Source of the DNA: Armatimonadota bacterium | GTDB lineage: Bacteria; Sysuimicrobiota; Sysuimicrobiia; Sysuimicrobiales; Kaftiobacteriaceae | Length of the DNA: 64,000 nucleotides | NCBI GenBank assembly: GCA_037440005.1 | Contig: JBBIUY010000005.1 | Coordinates: 34,179-98,178, forward strand | Direction of reading: 5' to 3' | Shown: one piece after another, positions 19,177-28,491 of the stretch | How the letters are laid out: the number at the start of each line of letters is the position of its first letter | Position numbering within the stretch: position 1 is the first letter of the stretch | Made by a program: the position numbers and the translations under genes | Notes under the pieces: generated by a model | What the model saw: only the letters and a program-made list of their open reading frames with translations | The model's database searches: none | What the model was told of the DNA's origin: nothing

Positions 19177-20103
19177 ATGGAGCCCGTCATGGATCTCGGG
19201 GCGGTGTTCATCATCCTCCAGCTCATCTACCTGGAGGGGATTCTCTCCATCGACAACGCCGCCGTCCTGGGAGCCATGGTCGCCCACCTGCCCCGCGACG
19301 ACCCCGTCCCCTGGCCCCGGATCCTGCGCTTTCTGCAGGCCCCCGTGCACCGGATCCTGGGCGGCCAGCGCCTGGCGGCCTTGAAGGTGGGCCTGCTGGG
19401 CGCCTACCTGGGCCGGGGCACGATGCTCCTCATCGCCTCGTGGGTCGCGCGCAACCGCTGGCTGTTGCTGGTGGGCGGGCTGTACCTGATCAGGCTCGCG
19501 GTGGAGCACCTGGGGCAGACGCCGGAGCAGGCGCGGGACGAGGCCGCCGCGGCCGCGGGACATCCGGTGCGCCGGTCGGCCCCGGGCTTCTGGAGCGTGG
19601 TGCTGGCGGTGGAACTGGCCGACCTGGCCTTCAGCCTGGACAACGTGGTGGCGGCGGTGGCCCTGTCCCGGAACATCTACATCATCTGGACGGGGGTGTT
19701 CATCGGGATCCTCACCATGCGGTTTGCCGCCGGCATCTTCGTGCGGCTGATCGAGCGGCTGCCCGAGCTGGAGGCCGCCGCCTACCTGCTGGTGCTGAAC
19801 ATCGGCGTGTGGCTGCTGCTGGAGGACTTCTTCGGCATCCACCCGGGCGACGTCCAGAAGTTTGCCATGTCGCTGGGCATCATCGCCGCCACGGTCCTGT
19901 GGGGGCGGGTGCCGGCCCTGCAGCGGGCGGGGCGCGCGCTGCGCTGGCTGAGGCGGGTCCTAGGCGTGGTGTCGGTGATGTTTTCCGCCGTTCTCCGGCC
20001 GGTGGGCTGGGCGGCGGCGGGGGTGCTGGCGGTGGGCCGGGCCGTGGCGGGGTTGTGGCCGGCCCGGCAGGCGGCCCAGCCCCGCAGTCCCGGGGACCGC
20101 TGA
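19177..20103 (+). CDS. Integral membrane protein, TerC/DUF475-like
   Basis: Multi-TM. Duplicated 'LSIDNAAVL' and 'FSLDNVVAAVAL' motifs typical of TerC-family transporters. Confidence 0.5.
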   Translation: MEPVMDLGAVFIILQLIYLEGILSIDNAAVLGAMVAHLPRDDPVPWPRILRFLQAPVHRILGGQRLAALKVGLLGAYLGRGTMLLIASWVARNRWLLLVGGLYLIRLAVEHLGQTPEQARDEAAAAAGHPVRRSAPGFWSVVLAVELADLAFSLDNVVAAVALSRNIYIIWTGVFIGILTMRFAAGIFVRLIERLPELEAAAYLLVLNIGVWLLLEDFFGIHPGDVQKFAMSLGIIAATVLWGRVPALQRAGRALRWLRRVLGVVSVMFSAVLRPVGWAAAGVLAVGRAVAGLWPARQAAQPRSPGDR

Positions 20104-20334
20104 TCGGTCCCCTGTCAGGCCGCCCAGCAGGCTCGCGCCGGGGGAACGGCCACTTCCCGGCAGCGGGTGACAGGGATATCGTGGTGAGCATCCCCACACG
20201 GCACCCTCCCACCGGGTCCCCCGCGCGGTCCGGCAGAGCCCCAGCGTTCCGAAACGTGATCCAACACGGCGCGGTGGTCATCGGGGCGAGACACCAGCCC
20301 GTACCGTCACGAGCATGACAACCCACTGTCCGGG

Positions 20335-20865
20335 GTGGCGGAGGAATTGATCGAGGCGTCCCGCGTGAGGCTCGTGCCTGCAACCGTGGAGCTGGTCCGC
20401 GCGGAGATTGGCGACCGCCGGGAGTTTGGCCGATTGTTGCAGGCGTCTGTGCCGGAGAACTGGCCGCCCGAGCCCGTCCGGGACGCGCTGCCGGGTTTCC
20501 TGACCTCTATGGAGGCTGCTCGTCATCAGGTGGGCTGGTTTGGGTGGTACGCCCTGGCCGTTGTCGGGGTGGAAGGGCTCCCGGTCCTGGTGGGGAGTGG
20601 TGGGTTTAAGGGACCACCACAGGCGGGGACGGTGGAGAGTGGCTACTCGGTGCTCCCTCAGTACCAGGGGAAGGGGTATGCGACGGACATGGTCCGTGGA
20701 TTGGTCCGGTGGGCGCTCACACATGCCGGCGTGGATCGAATTGTGGCCGAGACAGGGGAGTCAAACCCCGCATCGGTGCGCGTCTTGCTGAAGGCCGGGT
20801 TTGTGCCGGATGCCCGGGCGTCCAGGGAGGGGAGCCTTCGGTTTGTGTATTCGCGAACGGCGTGA
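20335..20865 (+). CDS. GNAT-family N-acetyltransferase
   Basis: GTG start. 'GWFGWYALAVVG', 'QYQGKGYATDMVRGLVRWAL' acetyl-CoA binding motif A-like. 176 aa. Confidence 0.65.
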   Translation: MAEELIEASRVRLVPATVELVRAEIGDRREFGRLLQASVPENWPPEPVRDALPGFLTSMEAARHQVGWFGWYALAVVGVEGLPVLVGSGGFKGPPQAGTVESGYSVLPQYQGKGYATDMVRGLVRWALTHAGVDRIVAETGESNPASVRVLLKAGFVPDARASREGSLRFVYSRTA

Positions 20866-21252
20866 CCCGACGGGCACACGACGTGCCTACGGTGTGAATG
20901 GGGGCAGCATCCGCGGCGGCGTGCACGGCCCTTCGCGGTGTGACCGTCGGGGCGCTCGCCCCCATTCGATCACTCCCCAGCGCTCGTCCCGCCGATGGGG
21001 GTCCTTGACAGCGGCGCAGGCCGGCGGGTATCCTTAGCGCCAAGGTCAGGTATCGCCATGGTCATCCGCATCCGCGCCCGAGCGGTGCCGTACACCCCCC
21101 GCCAGTGCATCTGTCCCCGGCGGAGGCAGGCCGCGCCTTCGCCGATCCTTCCGTAGTCCTCAGGGCGCCGCCTGTCTCCGCTTCCGCACCGGCCCTTTCG
21201 GAATCCGGGAGGGCAGGACACGACGTCGGACGTCGGCGGGAGGGAGCACAGG

Positions 21253-21693
21253 ATGTCAACCCGGGTCGATCACAACGCCATCAAGTTCACCCAGGTCAGC
21301 CTGACCGTGGTGGCGGTGGCCGCCTTCCTGGCCAACCTGCGCCACCTGGTGGGGGTGCTGGCGCTGGTCCTGGCCGCGGGCACCGCCTGGCCGACAGCGA
21401 ACCTGTTCCGGCTGCTCTACCAGCGGGTCGTGCTGCCCCGGGGGTGGCTGCGGCCGCACCTGGTGGACGACGACCCCGCCCCGCACCGCTTCGCCCAGGG
21501 CGTGGGCGCCACCCTGCTGGCCGCGGGGTGGGGTGCGCTGGCGGCGGGATGGGCGGCGGTCGGGTGGGCGCTGACCCTGCTGGTGGCCGCCCTGGCCATG
21601 GTGAACGTGGTCGCGAACTTCTGCGCCGGCTGCTTCGTGTACTACCAGCTGCGCCGGCGGGGGATCATCCGCCGCGCCGCCGAGGCCCGGTGA
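21253..21693 (+). CDS. Small polytopic membrane protein (DUF4395-like)
   Basis: 146 aa with 4 TM segments. Coupled by TGATG overlap to a thioredoxin-like gene, the usual DUF4395 context. Confidence 0.5.
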   Translation: MSTRVDHNAIKFTQVSLTVVAVAAFLANLRHLVGVLALVLAAGTAWPTANLFRLLYQRVVLPRGWLRPHLVDDDPAPHRFAQGVGATLLAAGWGALAAGWAAVGWALTLLVAALAMVNVVANFCAGCFVYYQLRRRGIIRRAAEAR

Positions 21694-22127
21694 TGGGGGC
21701 CGACCGCCTGCTGGCGGTGGGGCTGGTGGCGGCCGTCCTGCTGGCCGCGTGGCTGGGGCTGCGCTGGCGCGTCGGGCGCTACCGGCGGCGGCCGGCGACC
21801 GACCTGGTCCGCGACGGCCGCCCGCTGGTCCTGGCCTTCGTGACGGCCGACTGCGTGCCGTGCCGGACGGTCCAGAAGCCGGCCCTGGAGGAGCTGCGGC
21901 GGCGTTTTCCGCACCATCTGGACGTGCGGGAGGTGGACGCCACCGCCGACGTCGCCCTCGCCCGGCGGTTTGGCATCCTCACCGTCCCCAGCACCGTGCT
22001 CATCTCGTCGGGGGGCCGGGTGGTGGCCATCAACCACGGCGCGGTGGGGTGGGAGCGTCTGGCCGCCCAGCTCGGGTTGAACGGCGGGGGACGGCATGCT
22101 AGAATGCCCGTGCGCACCGCGCGATGA
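21693..22127 (+). CDS. Thioredoxin-like protein (membrane-anchored, CxxC)
   Basis: N-terminal TM 'LLAVGLVAAVLLAAWLGL'. 'LVLAFVTADCVPCR' CxxC motif. 144 aa. Confidence 0.65.
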   Translation: MGADRLLAVGLVAAVLLAAWLGLRWRVGRYRRRPATDLVRDGRPLVLAFVTADCVPCRTVQKPALEELRRRFPHHLDVREVDATADVALARRFGILTVPSTVLISSGGRVVAINHGAVGWERLAAQLGLNGGGRHARMPVRTAR

Positions 22128-22134
22128 CGGGACC

Positions 22135-22345
22135 CGCGGGCGCCCGTGCCGGGTGAGCGAGCCGGGAGGGTGGAAGCCGGCGCCGGCGCTGCGCCCGCTC
22201 CCATCCCGGAGCGCCCGGGTCACAAACCGGGCCGGCGCGCCCCGATAGCGGCGCAGGAGGGCCGGACGGCGCACGGAGACGATCCGCCGCCCGGAACCAG
22301 GGTGGTACCGCGGGTGGACATCCCGTCCCTGAGGGGACGGGGTTT
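22135..22345 (+). promoter_or_regulatory. T-box riboswitch leader upstream of proS
   Basis: Conserved T-box sequence AACCAGGGTGGTACCGCGG at 22295-22313. Followed immediately by an intrinsic terminator. Located 5' of an aminoacyl-tRNA synthetase gene. Confidence 0.7.
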
Positions 22346-22351
22346 TTGTTT
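22322..22351 (+). terminator. T-box attenuator terminator: CCCGTCCC-tgag-GGGACGGG followed by TTTTTGTTT
   Basis: Perfect 8-bp GC stem with a 4-nt loop and a U-tract. Seen directly. Confidence 0.75.
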
Positions 22352-22354
22352 GGG

Positions 22355-23806
22355 GTGAGCGCGACCGTGGCAGCCGAACGCGAGGCGGCGACCCGCCTGC
22401 CGTCCAAGGCGGACAACTTCAGCGAGTGGTACACGGCGGTGGCCCTGCGGGCCGAGCTGGCCGACTACGCTCCGGTGCGGGGGTTCATGGCCATCCGCCC
22501 CTACGGCTACGCCATCTGGGAGGGCATCCAGAGCTGGCTGGACCGCCGCTTCAAGGAGACCGGCCACCAGACCGCCTACTTCCCGCTGCTGGTGCCGGAG
22601 AGCTTCCTGCGCCGGGAGGCCGAGCACGTGCAGGGATTTGCCCCCCAGGTGGCGTGGGTGACCCACGGCGGCGACGAGCCGCTGGCCGAGCGGCTGGCGG
22701 TGCGGCCTACCTCCGAGGCCATCATCCTGCCCATGTACGCCCGGTGGATCCAGTCCTACCGCGACCTGCCGGTGCTGCTGCTGCAGTGGAACAGCGTGGT
22801 GCGGTGGGAGAAGTCCACCCGGCTGTTCTTGCGCACCGCCGAGTTTTTGTGGCACGAAGGGCACACCGCCCACCGCACCGCCGAAGACGCCGACCGGGAG
22901 TGCCGGCTGATCCTGGGGATCTACCGGGAACTGCTGGAGGACGTCCTGGCGATCCCGGTCCTGGTGGGCACCAAGCCGCCCAGCGAGCGGTTCGCCGGCG
23001 CCGACATCACCTACACCCTGGAGGCCCTGATGCCCGACGGGCAGGCGATCCAGGCCGGCACGTCCCACTTCCTGGGTCAGAACTTCGCCCGGGCGTTCGG
23101 GGTCAAGTTCCTGGACGCGGACAACCGGGAGAAGTACGTCTGGTCCACGTCCTGGGCGGTCACCACGCGCCTGATCGGGTGCCTGATCATGGCCCACGGG
23201 GACGACCGGGGGCTGGTCCTGCCTCCGCGCATCGCGCCCTACCAGGTGGTGATCGTCCCCATCCTGGGCACAGACGACGAGCGGGTGCTGGCGGCGGCGC
23301 GGTCGCTGGCGGCCGAGCTGGCACCCCGCATGCGGGTGCGCCTGGACGACCGGGACGCCTACACGCCGGGGTGGAAGTTCCACGAGTGGGAGCTGCGGGG
23401 CGTGCCGGTGCGGCTGGAGGTGGGCCCGCGGGACGTGGAGGCCGACCAGGCGGTGCTGGTGCGGCGGACCGGCGGAGGCCGCCAGGCGGTCCCCCGCCGG
23501 CAGGTGGCGGACGCGGTGGACCGGGCCCTGGAGGAGATCCAGCGGGAGCTGTTCGAGCGCGCCCGCGCCTACCGGGACAGCCACACCACCGCCGCCGGCT
23601 CGGTGGACGAGGCGGCCGCCGCCGTGGCGGAGGTGCGCGGGTTCGTGCGGGTCCGCTGGTGCCGGTCCCAGGAGTGCGAGGACGTGCTGCGCGAGCGCAC
23701 CGGCGCCTCCCCGCGCGTGATCCCCCTCGACGAGCAGCCCGACGGCGCCTGCGCGGTGTGCGGGCGGCCCGCCCACGCCTGGGTCTACTACGCCCGGGCG
23801 TACTGA
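22355..23806 (+). CDS. proS: Proline--tRNA ligase, class II archaeal/eukaryotic-like short form
   Basis: 'FSEWYTAV', 'FMAIRPYGYAIWE', motif 2 'RWEKSTRLFLRTAEFLWHEGHTAH', motif 3 'GTSHFLGQNFA', C-terminal zinc-like 'CAVCGRPAHAWVYYARAY'. GTG at 22355 chosen because the TTG at 22346 lies inside the terminator U-tract. Confidence 0.85.
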   Translation: MSATVAAEREAATRLPSKADNFSEWYTAVALRAELADYAPVRGFMAIRPYGYAIWEGIQSWLDRRFKETGHQTAYFPLLVPESFLRREAEHVQGFAPQVAWVTHGGDEPLAERLAVRPTSEAIILPMYARWIQSYRDLPVLLLQWNSVVRWEKSTRLFLRTAEFLWHEGHTAHRTAEDADRECRLILGIYRELLEDVLAIPVLVGTKPPSERFAGADITYTLEALMPDGQAIQAGTSHFLGQNFARAFGVKFLDADNREKYVWSTSWAVTTRLIGCLIMAHGDDRGLVLPPRIAPYQVVIVPILGTDDERVLAAARSLAAELAPRMRVRLDDRDAYTPGWKFHEWELRGVPVRLEVGPRDVEADQAVLVRRTGGGRQAVPRRQVADAVDRALEEIQRELFERARAYRDSHTTAAGSVDEAAAAVAEVRGFVRVRWCRSQECEDVLRERTGASPRVIPLDEQPDGACAVCGRPAHAWVYYARAY

Positions 23807-23874
23807 GCCCGCCCCGTCCGTCGGCGCACGACCTCCCGGATGCAGGCGCGTCGCGTGTCCGCGCGTCCGTCCTC

Positions 23875-25590
23875 TCACACGAAGAGCGGCACCACCTGTC
23901 CCTGCGCCACGTCCACCAGCCCCCGGTCGGTCAGCTTCAGCTCGGGGATCACCGACAGCGCCAGGAACGACAGGGTCATGAACGGGTCGGTCAGTCGGCT
24001 GCCCATGCGGGCGGACAGGGCTAACAGCCGGCGGAACTGGTCGGCCACGGCGGCGACGGGCTGGTCCGACATCAGCCCGGCGATGGGCAGCGGCAGCCGG
24101 GCCACCTCCCGACCGGCCACCGCCACCAGCCCTCCCCGCATCTCCAGGATGACCTCCACCGCCGCCCGCATGGCGTCGTCGCTGCAGCCCACCACGATCA
24201 GGTTGTGGGCGTCGTGGGCCACAGTGGAGGCCAGGGCGCCCAGCCGCAGGCCGAACCCCCGCACCAGGCCCAGGCCCACCCGGCCGCTGCCGGTGTGGCG
24301 CTCGAGCACGGCCAGCTTCAGCAGGTCGCGGGCGGGGTCGGCCACCACCTCCCCGTGCTGCACGGGGGCGTCGTCCACCGCGGCCCGGGTCACGATCTGG
24401 TCGGGGACGATCTCGATGACCCGCACCCGCCGCCCAGCCGCCGGAATCCGGAAGCGCAGGCTGGAGCGGGGAATGCTCAGCGACACCGGCAGCGCCGGCA
24501 GGGCCACCGGGCGCGCGTAGGGCAGCAGGTCCCCGTCCCGGGCCACCAGGCGCCCCGAGCGGAACACCAGCCGCGCCCGGGGGACGCGCAGGTCGTCGAA
24601 GACCACTAGGTCCGCCCGGCGGCCGGGTGCCACGGCCCCGCGGTCCCGCAGGCCGAAGTGCTCGGCGGGGTTGAGGGTGGCCATCTGGATCGCCAGCAGG
24701 GGGTCGGCGCCCAGGGCGATGGCCTGGCGGACCATGGCGTCGATGTGGCCGTCCTCCAGCAGGTGGGTGGGGGTGCGGTCGTCGGTGCAGAACATGAAGC
24801 GCCGGGCGGTCTGGGGCGTCACCAGGGGGAGCAGTTCGGCCAGGTTGCGGGCGCCGGTGGCTTCCCGGATCATGATGGCCATCCCCCGGGACAGCTTGTC
24901 CAGGGCCTCCTCCCGGGTGGTGCACTCGTGGTCGGAGCCGATACCCGCGGCCACGTAGGCGTCCAGGTCCGGTCCCCGCAGGCCCGGGGCGTGGCCGTCC
25001 ACCGGACGCCCGGCGGCCGCCCGGATCTTGGCCAAGACCTCCTCCTCGGCGGCCAGCACCCCGGGATAGTCCATCACCTCCGCGAGCCCCAGGACCCACT
25101 TGTCCTGCAGCAGGCTCTCCAGGTCGTAGGCGGTCAGGCGCGCTCCGGGACTCTCCAGGGGGCCGGCGGGCACGCAGCTGGACGCCATCACGAAGACCGA
25201 CAGGGGGTTGTATTTGGCCGCATCCAGCATGTAGCGGATGCCGGTCATGCCCAGCACGTTGGCGATCTCGTGGGGGTCCGCGATGACCGTGGTGGTCCCC
25301 CGGGGGACCACGGCCCGGGCGAACTCCGGCACGCTCACCATGGAACTCTCGATGTGCACGTGGGCGTCGATCAGCCCCGGCGCCAAGTAGCTGCCGCCCA
25401 GGTCCATCCGCTCCCGGGCCGGGTGGGTGCCGCTGCCGGCGGGCAGCAGGGCGGCGATGCGATCGCCGGCGACGAGCACGTCCGCCGCCACCACCCGGTG
25501 GGCGTACACGTCCACGACCCGGGCGTTGGCCAGCAGCAGGTCCGCCGGCTCCTGGGCCCGGGCCACGCGGATGAGGGTCGCCAGGTCCAC
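23875..25590 (-). CDS. ade: Adenine deaminase
   Basis: 571 aa. 'LAPGLIDAHVHIESS', 'GTTTVIADPHEIANV', 'VDGHAPGLRG', 'GIGSDHE', 'TVAHDAHNLIVVG'. Confidence 0.85.
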   Translation of the reverse strand: MDLATLIRVARAQEPADLLLANARVVDVYAHRVVAADVLVAGDRIAALLPAGSGTHPARERMDLGGSYLAPGLIDAHVHIESSMVSVPEFARAVVPRGTTTVIADPHEIANVLGMTGIRYMLDAAKYNPLSVFVMASSCVPAGPLESPGARLTAYDLESLLQDKWVLGLAEVMDYPGVLAAEEEVLAKIRAAAGRPVDGHAPGLRGPDLDAYVAAGIGSDHECTTREEALDKLSRGMAIMIREATGARNLAELLPLVTPQTARRFMFCTDDRTPTHLLEDGHIDAMVRQAIALGADPLLAIQMATLNPAEHFGLRDRGAVAPGRRADLVVFDDLRVPRARLVFRSGRLVARDGDLLPYARPVALPALPVSLSIPRSSLRFRIPAAGRRVRVIEIVPDQIVTRAAVDDAPVQHGEVVADPARDLLKLAVLERHTGSGRVGLGLVRGFGLRLGALASTVAHDAHNLIVVGCSDDAMRAAVEVILEMRGGLVAVAGREVARLPLPIAGLMSDQPVAAVADQFRRLLALSARMGSRLTDPFMTLSFLALSVIPELKLTDRGLVDVAQGQVVPLFV

Positions 25591-25724
25591 CTTGGGGGCT
25601 CCTTTTCCGCCTCCCCCCCGACGACACCTGCGAAACAGGGACGGACGCCGGCCGCCGTCCGGCCGGCAGGGATTCCCCTCCGTCGGGCCGAAACTGCCGG
25701 TGTCATCCCGGGACGGAGGCGGGC

Positions 25725-26303
25725 ATGCCGCACATTCTTCCCTTCACAGGGCAGGCAGCCTACGAGCTGGAGATCGCCGGGACGGTGCGCACCCTGCCGC
25801 TGATCCAGGTGTCTCCCGACACGTGGATCGCCTACTACTACAGCCTGGGGGACACCGAGGTCATCGATCGGGCGGCGCGGGAGCTGGCCCCCCGCATGCG
25901 CAGCTGCGAGATCTTCGTCACCACCGAGACCAAGGGCATTCCGCTGGCCCACGCCATCGCCACCTACCTGGGGCTGCTGCCCTACGTGGTGTGCCGCAAG
26001 GAGATCCGGCCCTTCATGCTGTCGCCGGTCTCGGTGCGCTACAAGCCCATCACCGCCAAGACCGAGGAGGAGCTGTTCATCGACGGCCGGGACGCCATGA
26101 AGCTGCGGGGCAAGCGGGTGGGGCTGGTGGACGACATTGTGAGCACCGGCGAGACCCTCAAGGCCATGGAGGAGCTGGTGCGGCGGGCCGGGGGGTCCGT
26201 GGTGGCCCGGGCGGCGCTGCTGCTGGAGGGCGTCGAGCGCGACGACGTGCACCATTTGGGCATCCTGCCCATCTTCAAGCGGACCGACGCGGTGTCCCCC
26301 TGA
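25725..26303 (+). CDS. Type-I phosphoribosyltransferase (purine PRTase-like)
   Basis: PRPP-binding motif 'RVGLVDDIVSTGETL'. 192 aa. Divergent from ade. Confidence 0.65.
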   Translation: MPHILPFTGQAAYELEIAGTVRTLPLIQVSPDTWIAYYYSLGDTEVIDRAARELAPRMRSCEIFVTTETKGIPLAHAIATYLGLLPYVVCRKEIRPFMLSPVSVRYKPITAKTEEELFIDGRDAMKLRGKRVGLVDDIVSTGETLKAMEELVRRAGGSVVARAALLLEGVERDDVHHLGILPIFKRTDAVSP

Positions 26304-26316
26304 GGCCCCGCCGGCC

Positions 26317-26622
26317 ATGGCAGCCCCGACCATCTCCACCCACGTGCTGGACGTCGGCCGGGGGGCGCCGGCCCGGGGGGTGCGGGTGGACCTGTACCGG
26401 GACGGCCGCCTGATCGCCTCCCGGACCACCGACGACGACGGGCGCATCCGGGATCTGGTGGGCGGGCCCCTGGAGCCGGGGACCTACCGGATGGTGTTTG
26501 CGGTGCCGTCGGAGTTCTTCACGCGCCTGGAGGTGGAGTTCACCGTCACCGACCCCGGCCGTCACTACCACGTCCCCCTGGTGGTGGCGCCGTACCTGTG
26601 CGCCACCTACCGGGGCAGCTGA
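26317..26622 (+). CDS. uraH: 5-hydroxyisourate hydrolase (transthyretin-like)
   Basis: 'ISTHVLDVGRGAPARGVRV', 'HYHVPLVVAPYLCATYRGS' with the diagnostic C-terminal YRGS. 101 aa. Confidence 0.8.
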   Translation: MAAPTISTHVLDVGRGAPARGVRVDLYRDGRLIASRTTDDDGRIRDLVGGPLEPGTYRMVFAVPSEFFTRLEVEFTVTDPGRHYHVPLVVAPYLCATYRGS

Positions 26623-26632
26623 CCGGCGCCCC

Positions 26633-27103
26633 ATGGCCCGCCTGACGGTGGACGAGCTGGCGGCGCTGTTCGAGGGCCGCACGCGCTTTGTCGAGCGGCT
26701 GGCCGCCCTGGACGACCCCCTGGACAGGGCGGTGGAGGTGCTGCGGTCTCTGCCCGAAGAGGAGGTCGTCGAGGCCCTCAACGCTCACCCCCGCATCGGC
26801 GAGCGGCCGACCTCCCCCGCCGCGGCCGCCGAGCAGGGGACCGAGGACGACCCCGCGGTGCTGGCCGAGCTGGCGGCCCTCAATGCCGCCTACGAGCGCG
26901 CTTTCGGATTTCGCTTCGTGGTCTTCGTCAACCGGCGGTCCCGCTCGCAGATCATCCCGATCCTGCGCCAGCGCCTGCAGCGCACCCGCGCCGAAGAGCT
27001 GGCCACCGCCATCGAGGAGCTGGTGGCCATCGCCCGGGAGCGGCACGCGCAGAGGGAAAAGGGAAAAGGGAAGAAGGAAAAAGTGGAAGGCAAAACCGCA
27101 TAA
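26633..27103 (+). CDS. uraD: OHCU decarboxylase (2-oxo-4-hydroxy-4-carboxy-5-ureidoimidazoline decarboxylase)
   Basis: 'LNAHPRIGE' catalytic His motif. 'FVVFVNRRS'. C-terminal Lys/Gly/Glu-rich tail encoded by a polypurine tract. Ends in TAA. Confidence 0.75.
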   Translation: MARLTVDELAALFEGRTRFVERLAALDDPLDRAVEVLRSLPEEEVVEALNAHPRIGERPTSPAAAAEQGTEDDPAVLAELAALNAAYERAFGFRFVVFVNRRSRSQIIPILRQRLQRTRAEELATAIEELVAIARERHAQREKGKGKKEKVEGKTA

Positions 27104-27107
27104 AGGA

Positions 27108-27152
27108 GGGACCGGGCGGCTGAACCCCGCCCGGTCCCTTTCCCCTTTTTCC
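27108..27152. terminator. Bidirectional intrinsic terminator: GGGACCGGGCGG-ctgaacc-CCGCCCGGTCCC flanked by an A-rich and a T-rich run
   Basis: Perfect 12-bp stem with a 7-nt loop between convergent uraD (+) and the BMP SBP gene (-). A-rich on the upstream side and T/C-rich downstream, so it can serve both strands. Confidence 0.65.
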
Positions 27153-27212
27153 CCGCCCTTTTTCCCTTTCCTTTTTTCCTTTTCCCTTTTCCTTTTTCCC
27201 TTTTCCCTCCCT

Positions 27213-28370
27213 TCACGGCTCGTTCGGCCAGGGGCCGACCACGCCGGGAGCCGCCCACTCCAGGGTGATCAGCTCCTGCACGGTGAGGGTGTGGCCGGGG
27301 GGCACCCGCAGCACGCCCTTGCGGTCGCGGATGGGTCCGGTGAACGGGTCAAACTTCACCGGGTTCACCGACATCTGGGCGTGGCGGCGCAGGACCAGGT
27401 CGTACACCGACAGGGTGCCCAGGTCGGAAGTCCGCACCCGCACGGCCTTCAGCTGGTCGGTAAACAGCGGGTTGATCATCATCCCCGGCTCGGCCCCCAC
27501 CTCCACCGCCTTCTCGGCCAGCAGCCACCAGTAGTCCACGTTCTGCAGGTTGTCGGGGGTGTACTTGCCCGCCAGGACCTTGCGCAGGAAGTCCAGGTAG
27601 ATGGTCTCCCAGTGCACCAGCTGGCCCGAGATCACGTGCCGGGGGGCGAAGCGGTACATGGGCGAGTAGTGGGCGAAGCTCAGCAGGTTCTTCTTGGCCG
27701 CCTCCTGGATCACCGTGGGGGTGTCCTCGGTGAAGGCGAACACGTCCACCCCCTCGGCGATGAGGGCCTGGGTCGCCTCCTTGGCCTTGGCCGGGCTGAA
27801 CCACTCGAAGATCCACCGCACGTGCACCGTGGCCCGCGGGTTGACGGCCCGGACCCCCAGGGCGAAGGCGTTGAGGTGGCGCTTGACCTCGGGAATGGGG
27901 AACGCCCCCACGTAGCCCACCTTGTTGGTCCGGGTCAGGGCGCCGGCCATCAGGCCGTTGAGGTAGTACACCTGGTAGAAGTCGGCCATGTAGGTGGCCA
28001 TGTTGCGGGCCCGCTTGAACCCGCTGGCGTGGGCGAAGATGATGTTCGGGTACCGCTGGGCCGCCGCCAGGGTGCCGTCCATGAAGCCGAAGCTGGTGGT
28101 GAAGATCACCCGGGCGCCCTGGGCGACCAGGCGGTCGATGAACGGCTCCACGCGGCCCTCAGGGACCGACTCCACGTACAGGGTCTGGACGGGGAGCTGC
28201 TGCTCCACGATCCGCCTTCCCACGTCGTGGGCGTGGGTCCACCCGTAGTCCCCGATGGGCCCCACGTAGATGAACCCCACCTTCAGTTTCTGCTGCCCGT
28301 ATCCGGCGGCGGCCGCCGCCAGCAGGACGACGGCCAGCACCGATACCGCGATCCCACGTCTGCCCCTCAT
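27213..28370 (-). CDS. BMP-family ABC transporter substrate-binding protein (second system, embedded in the purine cluster)
   Basis: Start at 'MRGRRGIAVSVLAVVLLAAAAAG' (signal peptide) preceded by GGAGGTGGAGG. Paralog of the 1618..2865 protein. The absolute start coordinate is uncertain by about 1 nt. Confidence 0.75.
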   Translation of the reverse strand: MRGRRGIAVSVLAVVLLAAAAAGYGQQKLKVGFIYVGPIGDYGWTHAHDVGRRIVEQQLPVQTLYVESVPEGRVEPFIDRLVAQGARVIFTTSFGFMDGTLAAAQRYPNIIFAHASGFKRARNMATYMADFYQVYYLNGLMAGALTRTNKVGYVGAFPIPEVKRHLNAFALGVRAVNPRATVHVRWIFEWFSPAKAKEATQALIAEGVDVFAFTEDTPTVIQEAAKKNLLSFAHYSPMYRFAPRHVISGQLVHWETIYLDFLRKVLAGKYTPDNLQNVDYWWLLAEKAVEVGAEPGMMINPLFTDQLKAVRVRTSDLGTLSVYDLVLRRHAQMSVNPVKFDPFTGPIRDRKGVLRVPPGHTLTVQELITLEWAAPGVVGPWPNEP

Positions 28371-28491
28371 GGCTGCCTCCACCTCCGGCCTGATCATGCA
28401 CTGCGGGTTTGCCCGCTCACTTCGCTCTCCCCCCGCCCGGCCCCTTGTCGTTCGGCGGGGAAAGACGGACGTCTCCGCGGGAGCCCCCCGC

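Noticed and set aside
22220-25627. 1135-aa - strand ORF spanning proS and ade
   Set aside because: Antisense to proS and out-of-frame within ade. Arg/Gly/Pro low-complexity. A GC-content artefact.
25591-25724. Purine riboswitch upstream of the PRTase/uraH genes
   Set aside because: The 134-nt divergent region lacks the conserved purine-aptamer elements (the UAUA...GGGA...CCNNAACC pattern). Regulation is more likely protein-based.
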